The notes under the pieces: generated by a model
Database searches by the model: none
Told to the model about the DNA's origin: nothing
What the model saw: the letters and a program-made list of their open reading frames with translations, nothing else
Program-made: the position numbers and the translations under genes
DNA from: Octopus vulgaris
Lineage: Eukaryota
Assembly (NCBI GenBank): GCA_951406725.2
Contig: OX597816.1
Span: 51,460,001 to 51,524,000, forward strand
Direction of reading: 5' to 3'
Length of the DNA stretch: 64,000 nt
Shown here: positions 53,488-64,000 of the stretch, piece by piece
How the letters are laid out: each line of letters opens with the position of its first letter
Numbering within the stretch: the first letter of the stretch is position 1

Positions 53488-53836
53488 TATATATGTATGT
53501 ATGTATGTATGGATGGATGGATGTGTATGTAAGTATATATATATACATATATATGTGTGTGTGTATAGATATATATATATGTATATGTGTGTGCCTGTGT
53601 CTGTATGTATATGTACATATATATATATACATACATATATCTATACACATATATATACATATATATGTATATACATATATATATGTGCATATATATATAT
53701 AGGTACAAACAATTAGTAGTGCGTTGCGTTACATAAATGTTATTTCACAGATATTTAAAATAACAATCGGAGAATACATTCACACTCATGCACACACATA
53801 TACACATACATATATATACAAATATATATATGTATG

Positions 53837-53871
<35 letters not shown>

Positions 53872-54269
53872 GTTGAATGAATTATCCTAGTATGGATAAT
53901 TCGGTTAACCGGTACCCGGGTAGCAAATTCACGTCAGAAAAACACGGTTGAAGCTACATGCCAAGGGCAGAGATCACGTGCTTTCGTGTGGAAATTTGTG
54001 TGTTTTTTTAATACAAATAAATAAAAGAATGGAGTTAAATCGTCGTTCAGCTCCATTCTTTCATTTATATATAGTAGAAATATGTTACAAAAAGAAAATA
54101 TAAAATATATATATATATGTAATTAATTTCAGAAGTATAATTTTATTCATAATATGATTTCAGAAATTTAACAAAAATTAATCTAATTTAATTTATTTCA
54201 AATTAATTTGCTATTTATGTCAGCATGACTAGAACATCATTTCAAGTTATTGATACCTCTTTCTCTTTC

Positions 54270-54675
54270 TCTCTTTTACTTGTTTCAGTCATTTGACTGC
54301 GGCCATGCTGGAGCACTGCCTTTAATCAAGCAACTCGACCCCGGGAATTATTCTTTTGTAAGCCCAGTACTTATTCTATCGGTCCCTTTTGCCGAACCGC
54401 TAAGTAACGGGGATATAAACACCTCAGCATCTGTTGTCAAGCAATGCTAGGGGGACAAACACACACAGGCATATATGATTGATTGATTGATTCTAGTTTC
54501 AGCTTATGAGCTGTGGCCATGCTGGGGCACATATATATACCAAATCCACTCACAAGGCTTTGGTCGGCCCGAGGCTATAGTAGAAGACACTTGCCGAAGG
54601 TGCCACGCAGTGGGACTGAACCCGGAACCATCTGGTTGGTAAACAAGCTACTTATCACACAGCCACTCCTGCGCC
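54270..54675 (-). mobile_element. SINE family A with a nested short SINE-tail fragment (54478-54530)
   Basis: Reverse complement of the family A head (54540-54675) and tail (54270-54465). Insert (attg)n-ttctagtttcagc...ggccatgctggggcac sits in the internal microsatellite. Confidence 0.8.
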
Positions 54676-54940
54676 TATTTTGATAAAATGAAAATAATTC
54701 TTTCTTTTATCCATGATAAATTTCACAAATCATTTTCTTCTTTTTCCATTTGTGGGAAACCTCTTAACTTTTCAATGTAATACAATATTTATATACAATA
54801 TATATATTTTATGTATATATTACATATGGCACTATATGTGTATGTATGCGTGTGTTGATATGTGTGTGTGTATAAATATGATACATACCTGCATACATAT
54901 ATAACATACATACATACATGAATACATAACTACCTTCCTA

Positions 54941-54981
<41 letters not shown>

Positions 54982-55595
54982 ATACATACTTACATCCATA
55001 TGTTTGTGTCTAGAAAATAGATGTTTCCTATAATTGTTTATGTTCTAGTACGACCGTGTCTACAGACATGTATGTTATCCGTCGTATTTACCGAAATGTT
55101 ATTGTTTGTGTAAACACATTCCCTACAGCAAATTCTATTTATTATTAATAGTATATTATGTAGTCTATATCTCTCCATCATACCTTCAGCATATGTTCGC
55201 TAATGGAATCTGATAAAGGTTTTGGAAACGTTTGCCTTTCTTACTCTGAGAGCATATTTTCATCAGTATATCTTCAGGGCATTTTTATACAGTTATTGTT
55301 GCCAGACACTAAAGAAGAGAATGTATAACGGTTATTACTCTTCTGTAGAGTCATTCTGATTTCAATTCTTGTCAAAATTTAACGCTCTCTTTACAACTAT
55401 TTAGATAGGTTAAACTCCAGTGAATATTACAGATAATTCTTTTAACGTTATTCCAAACGTCGCCTAGAACTATAGGCTTTTGATGGCTTTAAAGAAGTGC
55501 TTATACATTTATTTCACACTTAACTATTCATATATTTCATACTTCAAATGACTGAGAGAACTGATATATTACAATGTTTAAATTTGTCAGTTCTG

Positions 55596-55898
55596 CTACT
55601 GTTGTATAGTGAAACTGTATACCCCTCCCGGTAAAAAGTGGTAGTAGACAGCCATTATAAATAGACCAGTAGCGAGTAGAAACGAGTGGTTAAAAGGTCG
55701 GGAGTACGTGTAGACTGCGTTGATAGTCGTGTCTGTCCCGATATAGTAATTATAATGTGATAATGAGTGGACGTTGTAATGATCCAAACTTTTGCGATAA
55801 TAATACTGTGCCGGATAGAACCATTCTATCGACAACTTCGGAAAATAACGATATGTGTCAGAGCGACAACCGTCGTCGAAAGAGGGATACAACAGTGG
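55596..55898 (-). CDS. Candidate terminal coding exon of an unknown gene (Tyr-rich, hydrophobic C-terminus)
   Basis: 100 open non-repetitive codons beginning right after gcgctttttAG (55900-55899): PLLYPSFDDGCRSD...SFLLATGLFIMAVYYHFLPGGVYSFTIQQ*. No family recognised. Confidence 0.3.
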   Translation of the reverse strand, partial: PLLYPSFDDGCRSDTYRYFPKLSIEWFYPAQYYYRKSLDHYNVHSLSHYNYYIGTDTTINAVYTYSRPFNHSFLLATGLFIMAVYYHFLPGGVYSFTIQQ

Positions 55899-56049
55899 CT
55901 AAAAAGCGCATTACAACTGATTCACAATTCGTATTTCAGCAAGTTCAATCATTTTTAGTAATATATCAGTCTTATTCATGAATTTCCAAATCTTCCTCAT
56001 GTAAAATAGTATTTCTTTTCCTCGAAAATATAAATGCTGTATGACAAAT

Positions 56050-56200
<151 letters not shown>

Positions 56201-57398
56201 TACCTATCTATCAATCCATATATACAGAAAGACTGACTGACTGACAAACATGGATACATAGATGCATGCATATAGTTTGATCAGATCATAGAAGGTTGAG
56301 AATAGACGTATAATCAGTTTATTGACAGCTGATTCGAAATCAGTTTTAGTTTCATAACTGATGCTACATCAGGCTCTAAACATATAGATTTATATATACG
56401 CTCATGGTGCTTTAACATAACGAACAGACTATGTATCAGAACGTTTCCTGGCAAGTTAAACATGAGACTCTGCTTTCAATTAACCAGTTATCTCATGCCA
56501 TTCGATAGATGTATTCTACTAACTTCACGCCTTACAAGTACTAGAACAGTCTTATACGGTGAGTATTATATCTTTAGTTACTTTGTCTGCACTTTGCACC
56601 AAATCTTCCTTTGTGTTGGCCGCACTGCCTTCATAGCTCGCAAGCAAAAGGATAAGTAATATTTATGTAAGCGAGAATTATTGCTGAACTCTCGTTTACT
56701 GTTTCAGTCCCCATTTTTTTATGTAAGCATATAGATATGAAAATAAACAGATCAAGATACAGACGGATAAGTACATAGGTTACAAGAACGAACAAGCACA
56801 CAAACGGAAATGGAGCCTGAAACAGGTGGCCATATATACACACACTTTACTCCACACAAAGACACATATGGAGACACGGATCCACACATATAAAGATGCA
56901 CATCCATACATACAAACATGGTACATAGTTGCATAACACACACACGCACACACACACACAGACATGCACACACAAGTAGAGAGAGGTGCATACATATACA
57001 AACACGGACATGCAAGCACATAAATATGTAGGATACATACATATATACATATGCATACACACATATATATGCATACATACACATGCAAACATACACGCAT
57101 ACAAACATACGTACATGCATGCATGTATAGGCACGCACACACACTGACCCACACACATGCGCACAATCAAACAAAAGGAAACGCAGTGTAAATAACGGAC
57201 AGAGTCAAGACTATTGAAAAGGTTGCAAGACGCAACGAAAATTTTAGGAAAATAAAAATAAGAAATAAATGGACTTTTTACCGGTGAGTGTTTTACATTA
57301 TAAGGCACAAAACAAAATGACTCTCCCCAGACACAACAGAATGTGCTTCAACACACGAACACATATAAAGAATCTTGCAAACCAAATCCCAAAATGAA

Positions 57399-57404
<6 letters not shown>

Positions 57405-57483
<79 letters not shown>

Positions 57484-57502
57484 ATATATTTATATACATA
57501 TA

Positions 57503-57561
<59 letters not shown>

Positions 57562-57574
57562 GTGTGTATATATT

Positions 57575-57605
<31 letters not shown>

Positions 57606-58165
57606 GTGTATATATATATATATATATGCATATATATATATGTATATATATATATATATGTGTATATATATATGTGTATATATGTATATATATATATATG
57701 TATATATATATGTATGTATATGAATATATATATATGTATGTATATGATATATATATATATATGTATATGAATATATATATATATATGTATATGTATATAT
57801 ATATGTATATATATGTATATATATGTGTATATGTATATATATATGTATATATATATATGTATGTATATGAATATATATATATATGTATATGAATATATGA
57901 ATATATATATATATATGTATATGTATATATATATGTATATATATGTATATATATATATATGTGTATATGTATATATATATGTATATATATATATATGTAT
58001 ATATATGTATATATATATATGTGTATATGTGTATATATATATGTATATGTATATATATATGTATATGTGTATATATATATACATATTCATATACATATAT
58101 ATGTATATATATGTATATGAATATGTATATATTTATATATATGTATGTATGCATGTATATGTATA
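57405..58165. repeat. ~760 bp compound (AT)n/(ATGT)n microsatellite
   Basis: Direct inspection. Source of the long YI-repeat ORFs. Confidence 0.95.
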
Positions 58166-58167
58166 TG

Positions 58168-58845
58168 GGACCTTTTCTGTTTGGCAGCACCTTTTGAAAT
58201 TTTCAAATTTGGTGTCTCACCGTGAATTTCTTGTTTCTGTAGTTTATGAAAAACAAAGTTACAGGCGTTTAAAGTTTCATCTTTTTTTTTTTACCGTATC
58301 AGAAAACAGGATTTGAAAGCTCTCAATTCATGCGTGACTACAATCGTAAGACGACAAAAGAAAAACAATAATGCCAATATGGCGACGATAGCACGTGTTT
58401 TAAGAATTTGATAAGCGAGTAAGCAATGCGTATGCTATCTTTTTAAGCATTCACTATGCATGAAATGTGAAAAATAGAGTAAACAACATATTTTGTAATT
58501 TTAAGAACTGAAAAACAAACCGTCGTCCAGTTCGAGAAAAAGAGTAAACAGCACATTTTATCTTTTTGCAGACACTTGGTTTTACAGGAGATTGCCAACG
58601 CTTGGTTTATTACTTTGGAAACAGGCAGCTAAATGTTTCTGACTTTCTTTTGATTGGCTAAAATTACCCAAACTTTGCCAAATTTGAAAGCAAATAACTG
58701 TTTATTTATTGATTTATGGCGAATAGGAAATCATATCAATAATAAGTATACAAAACCACAGCAATAGACCAAATTTTGAATTCACTTCGAACAGAATTGA
58801 AGAAATTAGGAAATTGAAAAGTGACAGCCAAACAGGAAATATTCC
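58168..58845. mobile_element. Decayed non-autonomous DNA transposon with GG-starting TIRs
   Basis: ggaccttttctgtttggcagcaccttttgaaatttt vs the reverse complement of the right end ggaatatttcctgtttggctgtcacttttcaatttc. Confidence 0.6.
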
Positions 58846-59003
58846 AAATAGGTATAAATACACCATATTATGTAGCCATAAACAAGAGTAAGATTTTGCG
58901 CTTCCATTAACAAAAATATATGCCATTGATCGAACTTACAACGAATCATAATCGTAAGTGTATGTGCGTACATATATATATACATATATATTATATTCGT
59001 ATT

Positions 59004-59089
<86 letters not shown>

Positions 59090-59091
<2 letters not shown>

Positions 59092-59285
59092 ATAGATTGC
59101 TAGCCACTACACATTCCTTATTTTCTCTCCTTGTTTCTCTCTGTGTTCCTTTCTGTGGAAGCGCGTAGGCTCGAAACGTTAAAGACTTTTTCACTTTCCG
59201 AGCGTTATACTAATACATCTGTTCGTTGTCTACACCACCTGTCTTCGTGTTTTGTTGGGTTGTTTTTTTTTGTCATTTCTTCCCC
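59090..59285 (+). mobile_element. Short non-coding PLE-like element with a variant hammerhead motif (copy 2)
   Basis: Homologous to 1919-2088. CTTT-CTGTGGA-A-GCGC gtag GCTC-GAAA-CG-TT-AAAG at 59149-59184. Confidence 0.6.
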
Positions 59286-60585
59286 TATACATATATATGT
59301 GAATGCCTTTCTGTGATTGTGTGGTTTTGTGTTTGTGTGTGTTTGCGTGTGTATACGGTGTTAAGAAGGAGAATGTTTCAATTTTTCCCCTGATCCGAGA
59401 GATTTTTAATCTAATACGATGTCTAGGTCTTTTGTTATAAGTAAAAACTAGACAATTTCATCATATTGGTAAGGTGTTTATATCGAAAAAATATATTGTT
59501 GGTGGAGTAGTTCATGATACAGTATACTAATATGTATTTTAATGTTATATGTAATGATTTTCTTCCTGTATTTTTCCATCACCTGGAGACATATTTCGCC
59601 ACTCAAAGACATTTAAAATTACTTGTAAATGTTCGTTGAAGCTTTTACTGAATTAGACATGAGTAAAATGAAGTAATAAGTAGCCTGTGGAGTTCACAGA
59701 TATCCTACTATATATATATATATATATATACTGGTGTGTACATACCGAACACATACATACGCACAGGCGTACGCATACGTTCACATACTAATATGCGCCT
59801 CTGTGTGTGTGTGAACATAGAATATCATGCCATACTGTACTATTTTAAGAAGCTACGTGTATTGAAAACGCTTACTCGGAAAATAAGCAATCGTGCGGAA
59901 AATCAATTTCTCAATATAATGATTGGCAATGTATGTGAAAGTATTTCATCCGCTAAACATTACCACACTAATAACGTCTACCTGACGAAATAACCTCATC
60001 GTATCTTCTAAAAATAATTTATTAATACAAACATCTGTCAAATCACCCGTTTGTATTTTAAATATACATGATTTTTTTATTTTAAATTTATTCTTCCATT
60101 TATTTTTTTCAGTCATGGGACTGCAGCTGTGACTATACACCGAACTGAATATATTAATTTAGTTTTACATATAAAACGCTTGACTTAAATACAGATTGGG
60201 CGCACTGGGAATGTCTTTTATCATATTATGCGTTTGATATATAATGCAGCCTTTTGTCTAAACAATATCATCATCTCTGACAACAATATATTCAATCATC
60301 AACAAACGTAAACAAAGTTGACTAGAATGTACTTCACATTACTGACATACAGACTTTCATTTGAATATTGGATTGTATTACTTCGTCAGCGTTTATTAAT
60401 CATGGAGGTATTGTAGCTCTAATTAAGAAATTTTGAATGCATGAAAAGACTACAATAACCGGAGTTTGTTGTTGTTATTTTCATGCTGCTTTTGCTTTTG
60501 CCTTTAGCGTTGTTGCTGTTGCTGTTATTGTTGTTGCTGTTGCTGTTGCTGTTGTTGGTGGTGGTGGCGTTTGTTGTTGTTGTTA

Positions 60586-60772
60586 AGCAACAAGATGGGT
60601 AAGCGTGATTAGGTGATGATCTAGGGCTTAGGCGGGGGAGACCCCAGCCCTTGGAAAAATAAACAACTTTGGTCGTCTTGTTGTAGTCGAGGGCTCTTCG
60701 TTGACACCCGACACCACTGGAAGGTAGCCTTTGAAGTCACTGTAGATCTCCAGGTCCAGATTCTTGAACGGC

Positions 60773-60812
<40 letters not shown>
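60586..60812 (+). mobile_element. Short GC-rich retroposon-like insert with a (TGT)n tail
   Basis: ~185 bp unique GC-rich block bracketed by (GTT)n, ending ttgaacggc-(tgt)n. Confidence 0.4.
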
Positions 60813-60827
<15 letters not shown>

Positions 60828-61796
60828 GGTGGTGGTGGTGGTGGCGGCGGTGGTGGTGGTTAAACATGTCGCATCTCATCGAACGAGCATGAAAAAATAC
60901 ATTCCTGCTAATGCCACCTACATAGTTGCTTATGGGTGTGTCATCGACAATATTATCCATTGTAGCGTATCTTTACTTAAGACGATAATGTGTAATTTCA
61001 AGGAAATTTCTTCGAAGTCTTAACTGTTGATTCCTACAGGCACGAGTGACAACATTAAAATTTATATTCTGTCAGCGAACTGAAATTGGACATCCCCAAG
61101 GAGACATTGATAGAACTTACTATTAACAGGTGGAAACAAGCAATCTTGATATGGTGCTCAGAGACGTCAGTATAACACCAATATTAATAAATTGTCTCAC
61201 ACCAACGAAGAGACTTCTATGTTTTTACCCTTCGTTCCTAAATTGCTACCAACTGTTCGTGAACGCAAATCTTGCCGTGTTGGGCAATGAATTACATACA
61301 CATTGGAAAATTTAGTCTTAGATACCAGTGGCTGAAATGCTTAACTGTTGGTTTAATACATCACGGTTGACCTACACTAAAATAGATCACAGCCAAAACA
61401 ATGGAAGTTGTTCGAGCCGGCTATTATTTAATCTGCTACAAATATAAACCTATCATCTTAAATAAGAATGTACACATTAGACATTATATTCTTAGATATC
61501 AAAAACAGACATACGTCTGGCTATGTGGTTTAGCTCTTCGCTTGACAAATGCGTGTGTTTATTGTAATCTTCCAGAAGTCCAGGTCTAATAATATAACAG
61601 GCGATAGATAAAAGTGTTTGTATTTGTGCTTAATCGCAAACTTTAATTAGGCATACATAAATGGATGTAGAGCATATAGACTTATATGTTGAATAGAGGA
61701 GATCGTCAATGAATAGAGATTTAGACGAATTTTGGCGGATGACGGTTGAGACACCCTCATTTGCCATTGCATAAAATAGAATATTTTCAACAACAA

Positions 61797-62190
61797 AAGG
61801 CAGCGAGCTGGCAGAAACGTTTGCACGCCGGGCGAAATACTTGGCAGTATTTCGTCTGCCGCTACGTTCGGAGTTCAAATCCCGCCGAGGTCGACTTTGC
61901 CTTTCATCCTTTCGGGGTCGATTAAATAAGTACCAGTTACGCACTGTGGTCGATGTATTCTACTTAATCCGTTTGTCTGTCCTTGTTTGTCCCCTCTGTG
62001 TTTAGCCCCGTTACGTCTGCCGTTACGTTCTGAGTTCATATTACGCCGAGGTCGACTTTGCCTTTCATCCCTTCGGGGTCGACAAATTAGGTACAAGTTA
62101 CGCACTGGAGTCGATGTAATCGACTCAATCCATTTGTCTGTCCTTGTTTGTCCCCTCTATGTTTAGCCCCTTGTGGGTAATAAAGAAATA
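61797..62190 (+). mobile_element. SINE family C, partial tandem dimer, Tx1-like tail
   Basis: 19-bp TSD agaatattttcaacaacaa (61778-61796, 62191-62209). B-box gagttcaaatcc. Internal duplication ~61853-62010 / ~62014-62170. Confidence 0.92.
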
Positions 62191-62424
62191 AGAATATTTT
62201 CAACAACAATGTCCTACTTGTACATAAACAGAGGGGATTTTTTTAATGTAATTATATTTTTGCGCATGAAGTATATCATGGTATATGAAGAATTCTTCTT
62301 CCAAGGTTGACTTTTTATTTCATCCTTCCTGATTCGATAAAATATTTATCATTTGACCTATCCTTTCTCTTGAAATTGCCTGGCTTGGGCCAACATTTAA
62401 AATCAACATTCTGTCTATATGCAA

Positions 62425-62645
62425 AGGGTGCCGAACTGGCAGAACCGTTAGCAAACCCGACAAAATTTTTTAGCAGGATTGTTTCATGTTTTACGTTTTG
62501 ATTTCAAATGTTCCTGGGATCAATTTTGCGTTTCTTTGTGTCGGAGACAATAACAAAAGTAAGAATCGAGAAGCAAGTTCGATATAATCACTTAGCCACT
62601 CCTCGAAAAAATTCAGGCATTGTGTTTATAGTTAAAAGAATATTC
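62425..62645 (+). mobile_element. Decayed SINE family C, caggcattgtg...tagtt tail form
   Basis: gaactggcagaaccgttagca head. Tail resembles those at 42300-42355 and 43780-43830. Confidence 0.6.
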
Positions 62646-63478
62646 CTTATGTATGCAAGCGAGCTTGTTCTGTTTGTGCAAAAGCATATTTGTACACATT
62701 TTGTGGATTAGTCAGTCTAGAAGCACAACACCTGTCACATTTGTAGGATATGCGGCACGTCGTGGTAAAGAGGAATATTTCTCGGTGCAAACTTTTCTGA
62801 GCAATAAAATTTAATGCATTACCGAATCTGGTCCGACAACATGCTATTGAATGGACACGGCTAAAGCACCCAAAGCCAGGTGTTGGGCAGGGTAACGCAT
62901 TGAGTCTAATATAAACGAATAGTTACAGATTATCGGAAGAGTTTTATAGTTTGCCTTTAACTAAATTCACTAACGAACATTGAATGGACACAGGGATACG
63001 GAAGAAGACGCGTCTTCAATCAACCGCACATCAGGGTCCAATCTAAAATATTGGATTACGCATGCGCGTGCTTGAGTTTATGAATGCGTCCCTTTTAGAG
63101 TGGGTAAAATGCAATAGATAGGTGAAAAAAAAAGACAAAAGACGTCGAAGGAATACTAATTTTCTGAATCTTGATTTTCTCTTGTATTGTTATAAATTAT
63201 ATTTGTTGTTTGTTTTATGTTCATTTAATCGAATTAGATTTCTTGGAATTGAACCAAAAGTTTTTTTTTCCACAGGTTAGAGTAATTGCATTTAGAGCTG
63301 TTCTGTTAAATGTTACAGTTGCATCTTCCATCATCGTCCCCATCGTCGTCGGCATTATCATCACCTTTACCACCACCACCACTGCTGTCATCATCATAAT
63401 TATCATCATCATCATCATCACCATCACCATTAATCTTTATCATCACTATCAACAACAAATGCAAGACAACTCTAAACA

Positions 63479-63520
<42 letters not shown>

Positions 63521-64000
63521 TTGAATACACAACTACTACCATCACTTCTTACAACAAACGCAATAACGAGGAGAACAACAATGGCAATGCCTTCTATCAA
63601 ACCCACAAAAACTGCATATACACACACACATGCGTGCACGCCACATTCATGCACACGCACACAAATACACACGTACACACACACTTATACAGCAGGTGAG
63701 CAGAATAACATTAAATAAATAAGATTGCATTGCTATCTATCTATTGACTTTTATGAAACACAACTCTCAAAGAAAACATAATAATAAGAAAGCGAATTGT
63801 TGGTTGGACACTGAAAACTGTTCAATAAATTGAAATTGGAAGCCTGACTTCTTCATCCAGTTACTGTTTCTGCTACTTACCAGAGGCTATATTTTATTTA
63901 GGGAGACCACCAGTTTAACGCGAATATAAGAGACACGAATACAACGTAAATATGACCACAAACACACATACACGATTGCAAAGAGACTCGAGCAAGCAGT

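Noticed and set aside
57293-58316. YI/IY-repeat ORFs here and at 15.1, 23.5, 45.2, 46.6, 49.1 and 53.5 kb
   Set aside because: (AT)n microsatellites lack stops in these frames.
60628-60960. 110-aa poly-His/poly-Gln ORF
   Set aside because: Built from (CAC)/(CAA) microsatellite plus a probable retroposon insert. No good splice sites or recognisable domain.
63260-63440. Strong acceptor-like tttttttttccacAG followed by an open frame
   Set aside because: Downstream sequence is decayed (CAT)/(CAC) repeat with no supportable exon.

Overview
AT-rich, repeat-saturated eukaryotic DNA with no securely identifiable host gene. The dense (AT)n/(AC)n/(TAA)n microsatellites, tRNA-derived SINE families and TTAGGG motifs look like an octopus/coleoid cephalopod genome (inference, not verified). 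Almost all long ORFs in the track are microsatellite artefacts. Real content: CR1-clade LINE fragments, an internally deleted L1/Tx1-like element with a TSD, a cluster of R4/Dong-type (RLE) retrotransposon fragments nested in trinucleotide repeats, several Tc1/mariner copies, MITEs and many modular SINEs. The most interesting signal is a set of short, microsatellite-embedded, protein-less cassettes carrying minimal type I hammerhead-ribozyme motifs of the Penelope-like (PLE) kind. One has an intact core (48959-49003). Two cassettes are folded into long inverted repeats whose antisense arm covers the 3' half of the ribozyme. Other points of note: a SINE sharing its 3' tail with the Tx1-like element, an interleaved A'-B-A-B' inverted-repeat structure, a telomere-repeat-bearing MITE and one candidate orphan exon. 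All calls are by eye and coordinates of degenerate elements are approximate.
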